Part shown: piece by piece, positions 1 through 8,477 of the stretch
Position numbering within the stretch: position 1 is the first letter of the stretch
Layout of the letters: the number at the start of each line of letters is the position of its first letter
Translations under genes and position numbers: made by a program
Notes under the pieces: model-generated
Seen by the model: the letters and a program-made list of their open reading frames with translations, nothing else
Told to the model about the DNA's origin: nothing
Databases searched by the model: none
Assembly (NCBI GenBank): GCA_049513055.1
Contig: JBEKWN010000006.1
Coordinates: 160-64,159, forward strand
Reading direction: 5' to 3'
Source of the DNA: Thermodesulfobacteriota bacterium
GTDB taxonomy: Bacteria; Desulfobacterota; BSN033; UBA1163
DNA length: 64,000 bases

Positions 1-642
1 CCAAATTACTATTGCAGCGATTACCACAATCAAACCGATTGCCAAACCTATAGTGGCCTTCTGCCATTGTCTGGGTTTAATCTTTTTCTCGCCGATTACT
101 TTACCAGCTGCCTCGGGCTCCATTAGGACTTGATATACCCGAACTGGTTTTGCGATGTTCTTAACAGCCTGTTCTCCAAGATACTGATATCCAAGAGATA
201 ATTTATTCTCCACCTGATCATAAGCAGTTCCAGAGATACAGATGCCTCCTGCTTCGGATAGACTCTCCAATCTTGCTGCGATATTGACCCCGTCTCCCAA
301 GATCTGCTCTCCATCCTCGATCACATCCCCCAGGTTGACACCGATCCGAAATTCCATCTTTCGATTTTCAGGAAGATCAGCATTTCGAGTTTTCAGTTCC
401 TTCTGAATCTCGACCGCACACTCAACCGCATCCACTACACTGCCAAACTCAGCCAGCACATTATCTCCTGGAGCATCAACTACTCTACCACGGTGCTGTT
501 GGATGAGGTTTGTCATGACTTCTTTGTAAGCATTAAGGGTTCGGACGGTGCCCTTCTCATCTTCCCCCATGAGACGGCTGTAACCTTTCACATCCGCACT
601 GAGGATGGCAGCGAGTTTGCGTTTAACTTCTTGTGTGGTCAT
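1..642 (-). CDS. Class III adenylate/guanylate cyclase (CHD domain) followed by a TM segment; gene continues beyond window start (3' partial)
   Basis: Reverse-strand translation from ATG at 640-642 (GGGGGA RBS upstream): MTTQEVKRKLAAILSADVKGYSRLMGEDEKGTVRTLNAYKEV...GDGVNIAARLES...KATIGLAIGLIVVIAAIVIW; typical cyclase catalytic motifs; no stop before coordinate 1. Confidence 0.65.
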   Translation of the reverse strand, partial: MTTQEVKRKLAAILSADVKGYSRLMGEDEKGTVRTLNAYKEVMTNLIQQHRGRVVDAPGDNVLAEFGSVVDAVECAVEIQKELKTRNADLPENRKMEFRIGVNLGDVIEDGEQILGDGVNIAARLESLSEAGGICISGTAYDQVENKLSLGYQYLGEQAVKNIAKPVRVYQVLMEPEAAGKVIGEKKIKPRQWQKATIGLAIGLIVVIAAIVIW

Positions 643-846
643 GGAATCCCCCAAAGGTCAGTTGGGAGGTTGGTAAAACCCTATATTTGGTAAGAGTCTA
701 CTAATTTGGGAAGGAAACATCAACAAGAATTATTGATTAGCACTTGAAAGGTTGTATGGTGGGATAAAAATGCAAAAACAACATTTCAGGAAGAAATCAC
801 CATCACACTTGACAATGTCCGTATAGTCAAATCCTGACTTCCACAA

Positions 847-1164
847 CTAAATCAATGAAAGGCTGTCGGCTATTGCAAGGCCGGTCTGGGTAGGATACAG
901 GTGGCCATCCTGGATTGAGATAAATCCTTCTTCTTCGAGTTTGTCCAATATTTCCTTTTTTTCCGTTAAGAGATCGTAGTGATAATGGTTCTCAAAATCC
1001 TGGAGGGAAACTCCTTTTTTCGTCCGGAGACCGAGGTAAAGCGCCTCCAGTCGTAGTTGCTCCATCGTCAGAATTTCTGTCTCTTCAATCGGAAGATTCC
1101 CCGCGTTGATGGCAGCAAGGTATTGATCAAGGGAAGGATGGTTCCACCAGTAAAGGCGAGAGGG
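847..1164 (-). pseudogene. hemW: HemW/HemN-like radical-SAM protein, C-terminal ~105 aa remnant only (N-terminal radical SAM domain absent)
   Basis: Frame is open only from the TGA at 1165-1167; translation PSRLYWWNHPSLDQYLAAINAGNLPIEETEILTMEQLRLEALYLGLRTKKGVSLQDFENHYHYDLL... resembles the HemW C-terminal domain; no upstream continuation. Confidence 0.5.
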
Positions 1165-1200
1165 TCAGGTCTTGCAATATAACAGTATGGGAGAGCAGGT

Positions 1201-1229
1201 TTGAAAGAGATGGTTGCGTTTTGTGGGTT
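1201..1229. repeat. 29-bp direct repeat copy 1 (ttgaaagagatggttgcgttttgtgggtt), extended similarity ~55 bp
   Basis: 27/29 identity with 1975-2003; flanks the brnTA cassette. Confidence 0.8.
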
Positions 1230-1298
1230 AGATTGCTATGAGTGTGGAGCCTTTTTGGCAACAAAGGAGAGGGATGGAGACCTGGTGTCAGATCGTTA

Positions 1299-1532
1299 TT
1301 ATTGGATTAAGTGGTAAGGAATCCCTTCTTCCAGTGCTTTTTTCTGAATTTCTTCCAAATCTTTGCTTGCAATTCGAATATTAATCCTCTTATCTTTTCT
1401 TATGGTTGCTTGGGCAATTTTCTGATAATGATTGATCTCTGTTTTTAAATTCTTGACTGATTTCCATTCCCCTTTTTCATAGGAATCAAGTAGGTTCTTT
1501 TCTTCTTTCGTCATCCTTGGCATTTTAATCAT
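1299..1532 (-). CDS. brnA: BrnA-like antitoxin (RHH/CopG-type) of the BrnT/BrnA type II TA pair
   Basis: 77 aa; C-terminal KRINIRIASKDLEEIQKKALEEGIPYHLIQ typical of BrnA; overlaps upstream toxin gene by 8 nt. Confidence 0.7.
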   Translation of the reverse strand: MIKMPRMTKEEKNLLDSYEKGEWKSVKNLKTEINHYQKIAQATIRKDKRINIRIASKDLEEIQKKALEEGIPYHLIQ

Positions 1533-1842
1533 CTCCTCTCAAATAGTGTTTTGTTGCCTTACGGCTTGGAATAATGGTTTTTAAAATGATTTCATTTTCC
1601 TTCTCAACAAATGGGACCAGATAGACATAATCCTCGACTTGGATTACAAATATGAATTGGTTTGGATATTTTTTCTTATTCGGGTGTTCCAGAATGTCAA
1701 GAACTTGTCCCCTTTCAATATAAAAGACAATCTCTTCAAAGGATATATTTCGCTCAGCCTTGAGTTTTTCATTTTTCTCAGGATCCCATGAGAAATACTT
1801 CATATTTAGATGAGTATCACATTGTGTGCCTATTGTCAACAC
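1525..1842 (-). CDS. brnT: BrnT-like toxin (DUF497 ribonuclease family); likely true start at MKYFSWDP (~1803)
   Basis: MKYFSWDPEKNEKLKAERNISFEEIVFYIERGQ... matches the DUF497/BrnT N-terminal signature (W-D..K...N..KHG.SFEE); toxin-first gene order typical of brnTA. Confidence 0.75.
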   Translation of the reverse strand: MLTIGTQCDTHLNMKYFSWDPEKNEKLKAERNISFEEIVFYIERGQVLDILEHPNKKKYPNQFIFVIQVEDYVYLVPFVEKENEIILKTIIPSRKATKHYLRGDD

Positions 1843-1850
1843 GGAAACCT

Positions 1851-1870
1851 AGAAAAAACTAGAAAAAACT
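1851..1870. repeat. 10-bp tandem repeat agaaaaaact x2 in the brnT promoter region
   Basis: Direct reading of sequence. Confidence 0.7.
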
Positions 1871-1974
1871 ATATTGAAATGGGAACGAATTTGGATGTAG
1901 AATAAATAAGTTTAGATTATACTTTTGGAATTTCGAGCTTAGCTATTGCAACATGACAGCATAGGAGCTCAGAT

Positions 1975-2003
1975 TTGAATGAGATGATTGCGTTTTGTGG
2001 GTT
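1975..2003. repeat. 29-bp direct repeat copy 2 (ttgaatgagatgattgcgttttgtgggtt)
   Basis: 27/29 identity with 1201-1229. Confidence 0.8.
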
Positions 2004-2045
2004 GGGGTTTCATGAATGCGGGCCATTCTTAGGGTAAAAGGAATT

Positions 2046-2062
2046 GGGGTCATCCATAAAAA
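2046..2062 (+). promoter_or_regulatory. 17-bp motif GGGGTCATCCATAAAAA, copy 1, 20 bp upstream of the DJ-1/PfpI start
   Basis: Identical 17-mer at 3146-3162; near-identical at 3842-3859; each upstream of a plus-strand accessory gene. Confidence 0.5.
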
Positions 2063-2081
2063 CTAAAGAAAGGAGTTAAAT

Positions 2082-2663
2082 ATGGCTGCGAAGAAGATTT
2101 TGATGATTGTTGGTGATTTTGTAGAGGATTATGAGGTGATGGTGCCTTTTCAGGCATTACTGATGGTCGGTCACACTGTCCATGCCGTTTGCCCTGGGAA
2201 AAAGGCTGGTGAAAGGGTTCGGACAGCAGTCCATGATTTTGAGGGAGATCAGACATACAGCGAGAAGCCTGGCCATAACTTTACACTGAACGCAACCTTT
2301 GATGAGGTCAAGCCGGAAACTTATGATGCCCTGGTAATCCCTGGCGGACGAGCGCCGGAATACATTCGCCTGAACGAGAAGGTGCTTGAGGCGGTCCGAC
2401 ACTTTGCCAAGGCGAATAAGCCTATTGCCGCCATTTGCCATGGAGCGCAAGTCCTGGCGGCGGCGGGGGTGATTGCGGGCAAAGCGTGTTCAGCTTATCC
2501 AGCCGTAGGACCCGATGTGAAAACTGCGGGTGGCAAGTTCGTTGATATACCAGTGGATAAGGCTCATGTGGATGGCAACCTCGTCACCGCACCCGCCTGG
2601 CCAGCCCATCCTGAGTGGCTGGCGAAGTTCTTAAAAGTGTTGGGGACAAAGATTGAACCATAA
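2082..2663 (+). CDS. DJ-1/PfpI family protein (class I glutamine amidotransferase-like)
   Basis: 193 aa; conserved nucleophile elbow [10 protein letters not shown], overall PfpI/DJ-1 architecture; RBS aaggag upstream. Confidence 0.85.
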   Translation: MAAKKILMIVGDFVEDYEVMVPFQALLMVGHTVHAVCPGKKAGERVRTAVHDFEGDQTYSEKPGHNFTLNATFDEVKPETYDALVIPGGRAPEYIRLNEKVLEAVRHFAKANKPIAAICHGAQVLAAAGVIAGKACSAYPAVGPDVKTAGGKFVDIPVDKAHVDGNLVTAPAWPAHPEWLAKFLKVLGTKIEP

Positions 2664-2727
2664 GGGAGTTTTTCCCTTACGCCCTCGGCTGCTGGAAGAA
2701 ACGTATCGAGCAGGGGAGAGAAAGAAG

Positions 2728-3054
2728 ATGAATCAGAGTAACCCTCGATGGGTGATTTTTGCATTGTTTATTTTGATACTCACCACGGCTTTTGGATGTT
2801 CCTCTGACAAAGCATTCAAGTCTGGAATTACCTATACATGCGATGGAGGAAAGAGTTTCGTGGTAGAGCTTTACGAGAAGGTCGATATCGCTTTCCTTAA
2901 AATAGACGGGAAGAGGTTTTACCTGCCTCGTGTACCTTCTGCATCAAGGACGAAGTATAGTGAGGGAAATGTAACGCTTTGGATAGAAGGAGAAAAGGCC
3001 TCCGTCGAGATTGAGGGTAAAACCGAATTCAAGAACTGTTCGGTAAAACCTTAA
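2728..3054 (+). CDS. MliC-family lipoprotein (membrane-bound lysozyme inhibitor of C-type lysozyme-like)
   Basis: Lipobox LTTAFGCSS after signal peptide; YTCDGGKSF...SASRTKYSEGNVTLWIEGEKASVEIEG...KNCSV matches the MliC pattern (Y.C...S.SG..Y....W.KG.EA.L...C); start chosen at MNQSNP with RBS. Confidence 0.6.
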   Translation: MNQSNPRWVIFALFILILTTAFGCSSDKAFKSGITYTCDGGKSFVVELYEKVDIAFLKIDGKRFYLPRVPSASRTKYSEGNVTLWIEGEKASVEIEGKTEFKNCSVKP

Positions 3055-3096
3055 ATAAAATTTGGAACTGTTCGGTAAAACCTTAAATAAAATTTG
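3033..3096. repeat. Perfect 32-bp tandem duplication x2 (gaactgttcggtaaaaccttaaataaaatttg) duplicating the last codons plus stop of the MliC-like gene
   Basis: Direct reading of sequence; copies at 3033-3064 and 3065-3096 are identical. Confidence 0.9.
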
Positions 3097-3145
3097 GGTG
3101 CCAGGTTTTTAATCTTAATGATCAGCTTAAAATGGTGAAATTTTC

Positions 3146-3162
3146 GGGGTCATCCATAAAAA
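3146..3162 (+). promoter_or_regulatory. 17-bp motif GGGGTCATCCATAAAAA, copy 2, ~100 bp upstream of the lipoprotein gene
   Basis: Identical to 2046-2062. Confidence 0.5.
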
Positions 3163-3260
3163 GATTGTCTTTCCAAAATGAGAAGTGTATCCTTTTTGAG
3201 ATTGGGATGTTTCCTTATCTTTTTATTTTTATTCTAAAGGCTTGAGGAAAGGAGGAGATC

Positions 3261-3827
3261 ATGAAACGGTATCTCAAGAGTATTCCTTTAATTCTTTTTG
3301 TCTTAATGACTGGTTGCGCTGGCTCGAGCCAATATATGGTAAAGGCCACACCCACTGCAGCCTTCCCACCTGAAAAAGCCCTGGTTTATTTCATGCGACC
3401 GTCAGGCATGGCCTTTGCCGTTAATTTTCAAATATGGGATAGCGATCGTTTTGTTGGTTTGAGCCAGGCGAAGTCCTATTTTGCCTACGAATGTGACCCG
3501 GGTAAGCATCTATTTTTGGGATTTGCTGAAAACAAAGTAGGCGTTGAAGCGGATTTGGAAGCGGGGAAATCCTATTATATTGGCACAAATGTCAGGATGG
3601 GAGCATGGAAAGCCCGTATGGATTTTACACCCGTAACTCGAGGTTCCCAACTATGGGGTCAGGTGGAAGAGTATAAGAAAAACTTAAATTTTATTGCCAT
3701 AAAAGAAGAGGAGAGGGCAAAGTGGGAAGCTGCAAAGAAACAAGAGGCTCAAAGATTCATTGATTATTTTTTGACAGGAGAAGGAAAGTCACAAGTTTTA
3801 AGACTGAATAATGAAGATGGAAGGTAA
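3261..3827 (+). CDS. Lipoprotein, DUF2846-like
   Basis: Lipobox LMTGCAGS; ALVYFMRPSG...GKHLF pattern recalled from DUF2846 proteins; strong RBS aggaggag. Confidence 0.5.
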   Translation: MKRYLKSIPLILFVLMTGCAGSSQYMVKATPTAAFPPEKALVYFMRPSGMAFAVNFQIWDSDRFVGLSQAKSYFAYECDPGKHLFLGFAENKVGVEADLEAGKSYYIGTNVRMGAWKARMDFTPVTRGSQLWGQVEEYKKNLNFIAIKEEERAKWEAAKKQEAQRFIDYFLTGEGKSQVLRLNNEDGR

Positions 3828-3841
3828 AGGTGGCAAATTGT

Positions 3842-3859
3842 GGGGTTATTCATAAAAAA
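3842..3859 (+). promoter_or_regulatory. Motif GGGGTTATTCATAAAAAA, copy 3 (2 mismatches)
   Basis: Variant of the 17-bp motif, upstream of hypothetical gene 4042-4440. Confidence 0.4.
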
Positions 3860-3911
3860 GTAGGGTTTTTGGTGATGGATATCATCGGGTTTCTTAAAAA
3901 AAAGGGAACAA

Positions 3912-4041
3912 AGTGGCCCTTTAAGCCAAAGACCCCGACCTCCGCCAGCTTTCCCGTCGGGCCATATAATTTAGACAGTGGCCCTTTAAGCCAAAGACCC
4001 CGACCTCCGCCAGCTTTCCCGTCGGGCCATATAATTTAGAC
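3912..4041. repeat. Perfect 65-bp tandem duplication x2 immediately upstream of ATG 4042; unit contains a TATAAT-like hexamer
   Basis: Copies 3912-3976 and 3977-4041 identical (gtggccctttaagccaaagaccccgacctccgccagctttcccgtcgggccatataatttagaca). Confidence 0.9.
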
Positions 4042-4440
4042 ATGCAAATTGCCGGGCTAAGCGGATTGCGTGAGCTTTCAAAAATCGAATATAGAGCGGT
4101 TACGCGTCAATTTAAAGGAGAGAGGATCTACCATGCTTTAGATGTTGATTTTTTAGATTACCATTGGAAACTCATGATAAGCGTCGTCAATGGTAAGGTC
4201 TATAAAATTGCGGCATACATAGAAACACAGGATAGGGATTTGGCTCACGTCGCTGCAATGACAACATTTTTATATTGTAAGGGACAAATAGGAGAACCAA
4301 CCAAACAGCGAGGTGAAATGTTTATCTGGGATACGATTGACGGCGATGTTGCACTTCAAACAACACAGATAAAAGAAGAATTTGGAATCAACTTATTTTT
4401 AACCTCTCATGCCGTTCGTCACTTCACCCGATTACGGTAA
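4042..4440 (+). CDS. Hypothetical protein (132 aa), no recognisable domain
   Basis: Intact ORF directly after the tandem repeat; no family recognised by eye. Confidence 0.45.
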   Translation: MQIAGLSGLRELSKIEYRAVTRQFKGERIYHALDVDFLDYHWKLMISVVNGKVYKIAAYIETQDRDLAHVAAMTTFLYCKGQIGEPTKQRGEMFIWDTIDGDVALQTTQIKEEFGINLFLTSHAVRHFTRLR

Positions 4441-4500
4441 AGGCCTTTAATTTGGAAGATTGGGGTCAGGCAATTGTAATAAGCTATTGATACGTTCGAC

Positions 4501-4560
4501 GGCGCCAAACCCCGATTTTAAAATCGGGGTTGAAAGCGCCGCTCAGTATCAACCCTGAGC
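4501..4560. other. Cluster of stable hairpins (10-bp perfect palindrome ccccgatttt/aaaatcgggg nested in ggcgcc...gcgcc; then gctcag...ctgagc)
   Basis: Direct reading; lies in a 325-bp gap between convergent genes. Confidence 0.5.
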
Positions 4561-4765
4561 ATACCCCAGGCTTCAGACCGGGGAGTCGAATGGGTTGATT
4601 TCGATTTATGGGACAGTAGGAAAGAAAGGGTATCAGATCTACACAATTGATAAAATAAATTTTCTTCTAATAATTCATATTTTAAAATCTTGTCAAAATG
4701 TAGACCAGGCAATCAATCGATCTTTCATCTCCAATTTCATTTTTCCAAAGTAACGTCCACAAAGC

Positions 4766-5996
4766 CTATTCTTTGCCCATTCTTTTCAAAATTTCATTTC
4801 CAGCCAATATCCCGCTGATCGAAGCTTGCATCAATCCTCGCGTAATCCCAGCTCCATCACCGATCAAAAAGAGATTCTGTATGTCCGTTTCTAAGGCTGG
4901 TGAGATTTTTACCCGATTGGTATAGAACTTTACTTCCACCCCATAAAGGAGAGTATGCCTGGAAAAAATGCCGGGAGTTATTCGATCCAATGCCTCGAGC
5001 ATCTCGATGATGCTCTTCAAATGTCGATAGGGAATGACAAAACTGAGGTCACCTGGAGTGGCTGAAATCAGAGTAGGTTGAGTAATGCATCGATTGATCC
5101 GATCGGGTGTGGATCGCCTTCCATCGAGTAGATCTCCCAATCTTTGAATGATCACTCCATTCCCAAGAAGATTAGCCAGTCTCGCAATATATTTACCATA
5201 GCCAATGGGGTCGTTGAAGGGTTCGGTAAAGGTGTTGGAAACGAGTATGGCAAAATTGGTATTCTCAGTTCTTTTATTAGCGTAACTATGGCCATTGACT
5301 GTGACAATCTCATCAGCCAGGAGCTTCCACACGAACTCCTATATCGACTGGACTTGGCATAGAAGGGATTCCCAAACGCTGTACTTCGTTCTTGATCCAT
5401 TGAGCTCCCACACGGCCGGGACCACAAATCACATAGTCGGCGCTCACCTGGGTCCCATTCTCAAGCAATACCCCAAGGACCTTTCCATTCCGAACGAGAA
5501 TCTCTTTCACTGGGGTATTAAAGAAGATGTCCACTTTTTTCTCCAAGGCATTTCGGATCTTCTTCAAGAGAGGCACGCAGTTTTCAGTTCCCAGATGTCT
5601 GATTTCCATGGGAATGAATTCTAATCCTGCCAGTTTCGCTTCCTGGTATAGGGCTTCAGTTTTATCAGAGGATTGACCGAAGACCTCTTTCGGGGCACCA
5701 AATGAGAGGTAGATCTCATCAGCTTTTCTGAGGAGATTCACCAATTGGGGCTGGGGAATAAAGTCGCCTAAGAACCCGCCAACCCTTGGTGAAAGAGTCA
5801 GCTTACCATCACTGAAGGCACCTGCTCCTCCCCAGCCACACAGGAGTTCCATTCCCCTCCCCCTTTTCCTCTCATGGATATCCTTTCCTCTCTCAAAAAT
5901 CGCCATATCTTCCATGCCACCCTTCGACAAGGTGAGAGCGGCAAAAATGGCTGATGGACCGGCCCCAACAATCACCACTTGATATCGCTTTTTCAT
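4766..5996 (-). pseudogene. FAD-dependent oxidoreductase (COG2509-like, GxGxxG + G.GGAG.FSDGKL motif) interrupted by a frameshift near 5313-5332
   Basis: ORF 5313-5996 (MKKRYQVVIVGAGPSAIFAAL...GWGGAGAFSDGKLTL) and ORF 4766-5332 are consecutive parts of one protein in different frames with a 20-nt overlap. Confidence 0.6.
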
Positions 5997-6240
5997 CGTT
6001 CCCTATTACCCATTCTCGCTTTGATTCCGTTATCCTCTTATCCTTAAATTTTTACATGGCCAATCAGAGAATTTCAATAGAATTCTATTGATCACAACAT
6101 ACCACAAGAAGAGCTTAAAGTGTTATTCTTAATAAATTGACGATATAGATGCCGGCGACATTGCCCCCGACCTAAGGATATAGGTTCAGATCCAAATCTT
6201 GAATCTTGACATTTGGTAGTCTAACCGAGAGGGTTAAAAG

Positions 6241-6510
6241 TTAGCAACAGCATTCGTCGGAGCAGTCAAAACACGATTCGTAACACGCACTGCAATCTTC
6301 GGAAGTTATTTCTTCGGAATCTCCATAGTCACAGTATCCTTCGCGAATGGCTGATCGTGCTTTATTGTAGAACTCCTTTGAAAATCTTTGGATGCCATGT
6401 ATGGCGAGCACGTGTTGACCCAACTTGCTAAGTGTTTCCTCCTCGGTCTCACCACAGGCCAAAAAATCGCAATCTAAACCAATGTCTCTGCAATAAAGTT
6501 CTTTATCCAT
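6241..6510 (-). CDS. DUF1059-family small metal-binding protein with a Cys-rich C-terminal extension (CSACYESCFDCSDECCC)
   Basis: MDKELYCRDIGLDCDFLACGETEEETLSKLGQHVLAIHG matches DUF1059 core; start placed at MDKELYC. Confidence 0.6.
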   Translation of the reverse strand: MDKELYCRDIGLDCDFLACGETEEETLSKLGQHVLAIHGIQRFSKEFYNKARSAIREGYCDYGDSEEITSEDCSACYESCFDCSDECCC

Positions 6511-6757
6511 TTGAAGTCTCCTTGAAAATGTTGACTCGCTAAATTTCCTCCTCCACAACCTTTCAACTTAAATATAATTACTCTCTTTCAATTTGTAAAA
6601 CCGCAAAGGGCATGGTGCATAGCGCATAGCGCAAAGTGTAAGGAACCTCTTAATAATTACATTGCAGATCGCCTGATCAATAATTATCTTTAAATCCAAA
6701 GGGTAAAAAGGCTTTTATAGACAAGAGTCAATTAAATTAACGCTAAAGGAGGGTACC

Positions 6758-7564
6758 ATGAAAAGCTTATTAATAAAACTTGCTGTATTTACATTGGTTT
6801 TAGGGATAGTAAGCGTTGGAACCGCAGAACCAAAAATTGCGGGGAAAACTGTCGAGTACAGCGCTCAGGGCGTGGTCATGAAGGGTTACCTGGCCTACGA
6901 TGAGAGTATTAAAGAGAAGCGTCCGGGAGTGATGGTGGTTCATGAATGGTGGGGACTTAATGATTATGCACGCAAGCGGGCACGAATGCTGGCGGAGTTG
7001 GGATACACCGCCCTTGCTGTGGACATGTATGGTGAAGGCAAGGTAGCGATGCATCCTGATGATGCAGGAGGATTCGCATCAGAGCTTATGAAGAATTTCG
7101 ATGTTGCCAAAACACGCTTTATGGCGGCCATGGACTTCTTGAAGCGACAGGAGACTGTTGACCCTACCGTTATTGCAGCCATTGGCTATTGTTTCGGAGG
7201 TGGCGTTGTGCTCAACATGGCACGTGAGGGCGTGGATCTCAAGGGGGTTGCAAGCTTTCATGGAGGATTGACTGCAGTCAATCCTGCCCAGCCAGGATCC
7301 GTCAAGGCGAAGATCCTCGTGCTCAATGGTGGGGCTGATAAGTTTACGACTCCAGAACAGATCAAGGCATTCAATCAAGAGATGAAAGCTGCCGGTGCCG
7401 ATTTTAAGTTCATCTCCTATCCGGGCGCCACGCACAGCTTTACCAATCCCGAGGCCGATGCATTGGGAAAGAAATATAACATGCCCATTGCTTACAATGC
7501 TCAAGCAGACAAGAAATCGTGGGATGAGCTGAAGAAGTTTTTGAAGATGATTTTTAAGAGTTAG
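6758..7564 (+). CDS. Dienelactone hydrolase family protein, secreted (signal peptide)
   Basis: 268 aa; N-terminal signal peptide; HEWWGLNDYARKRARMLAELGYTALAVDMYGEG and C-terminal catalytic His region typical of DLH. Confidence 0.85.
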   Translation: MKSLLIKLAVFTLVLGIVSVGTAEPKIAGKTVEYSAQGVVMKGYLAYDESIKEKRPGVMVVHEWWGLNDYARKRARMLAELGYTALAVDMYGEGKVAMHPDDAGGFASELMKNFDVAKTRFMAAMDFLKRQETVDPTVIAAIGYCFGGGVVLNMAREGVDLKGVASFHGGLTAVNPAQPGSVKAKILVLNGGADKFTTPEQIKAFNQEMKAAGADFKFISYPGATHSFTNPEADALGKKYNMPIAYNAQADKKSWDELKKFLKMIFKS

Positions 7565-7656
7565 AAAGATATGGTCTGCCCCAAGACTCCCTGACCACAG
7601 AGACGGGACGACGGTTGTAGCACACCCATTATGTCCTTCTGAGGAAGGTGAGGACA

Positions 7657-8433
7657 TTATTCCTCTAACCAGATGAAATCACCTATCCGCGAGCGCTCCT
7701 TCATGGGCAGGTCCCCAACATATGAGGCGAAGGTTATGACGGCAACTTTAAGCTCGGGATGGTTCTTCTGGAGCTGATTGGGTATGCCGAGATGGTAGTC
7801 GGAATGAAAGTGGCCGCAGCAAAAGAGTATTCGGTGGTCTATAAAGGGCTCAAGTGAGGCGGCCATTACAGCATCCTTAAGAACCTGTGCCTTGAAAAGA
7901 GCCTTTACATTCATACCTTTCATCGGAGTTGAATGCGGCATTATTTCCATATCGGCCACAAAGCGCTTGTAATATTCCTTTGAATCAAGGCGCAAGGTAT
8001 TGGGAAGGTATACGCTGTCTGGTCCCACTACTTTAGATGAAACCTTATTTGCCATAGCCACTGCTGCGGCTGCCCTGCGCGGCACGTTGGCTGCGATCAC
8101 AGGGATTCCTTTCTTCTTCGCAAACTCAATGAGCGGCCGGTAATCCTCCAGATAGTTCGGCCAAGGACGGGCTTGCTCAAGAAATTTATCTTCAGGGATA
8201 GTTCCTTTGAGGTAGGCATCAAGGGTATTTTGGACATCGCGCTCGAACATCTCGAGAGCGAGCACAAGACTCGAATCCCGTTCGGCCAATCCTGTAAGAA
8301 TGGTAAGTTCTGTATCATGGGATATGCGGGAGCTATGTTCTTCTCCAATGAAGATGGCGTTATAATCCAGTAGGATTTCAAAAGCATCTTCTACATCGAA
8401 GAGTTTACCTTTATTGGTCATTAAATAGGGCAT
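7657..8433 (-). CDS. ChaN-family protein (haem-binding uptake, Tiki/TraB-like fold)
   Basis: IFIGEEHSS...LALEMFERDVQ...W.NY...IPVIAANVPR pattern recalled for ChaN/PF04187. Confidence 0.6.
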   Translation of the reverse strand: MPYLMTNKGKLFDVEDAFEILLDYNAIFIGEEHSSRISHDTELTILTGLAERDSSLVLALEMFERDVQNTLDAYLKGTIPEDKFLEQARPWPNYLEDYRPLIEFAKKKGIPVIAANVPRRAAAAVAMANKVSSKVVGPDSVYLPNTLRLDSKEYYKRFVADMEIMPHSTPMKGMNVKALFKAQVLKDAVMAASLEPFIDHRILFCCGHFHSDYHLGIPNQLQKNHPELKVAVITFASYVGDLPMKERSRIGDFIWLEE

Positions 8434-8477
8434 TTGGATTTCCTACGTCATTTTCCGTTACGGTTGCATAGTAACTG

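Noticed and set aside
493-693. 66-aa plus-strand ORF
   Set aside because: Lies antisense within the well-supported minus-strand cyclase gene (1-642)
3912-4041. Possible CRISPR-like array
   Set aside because: Only two identical 65-bp units with no intervening spacers and no cas genes; a plain tandem duplication
4489-4600. Possible tRNA or tRNA fragment as island integration site
   Set aside because: No cloverleaf, no T-loop GTTCRANYC consensus, no CCA context
5144-5624. Plus-strand ORFs 5144-5362 and 5295-5624
   Set aside because: Antisense to the FAD oxidoreductase gene
7079-7657. 192-aa minus-strand ORF
   Set aside because: Antisense to the dienelactone hydrolase gene, low-complexity translation
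7627-7660. Hairpin atgtcct...aggacat at the convergent junction
   Set aside because: Overlaps the ChaN-like stop codon and lacks a clear T-run; too weak to call a terminator
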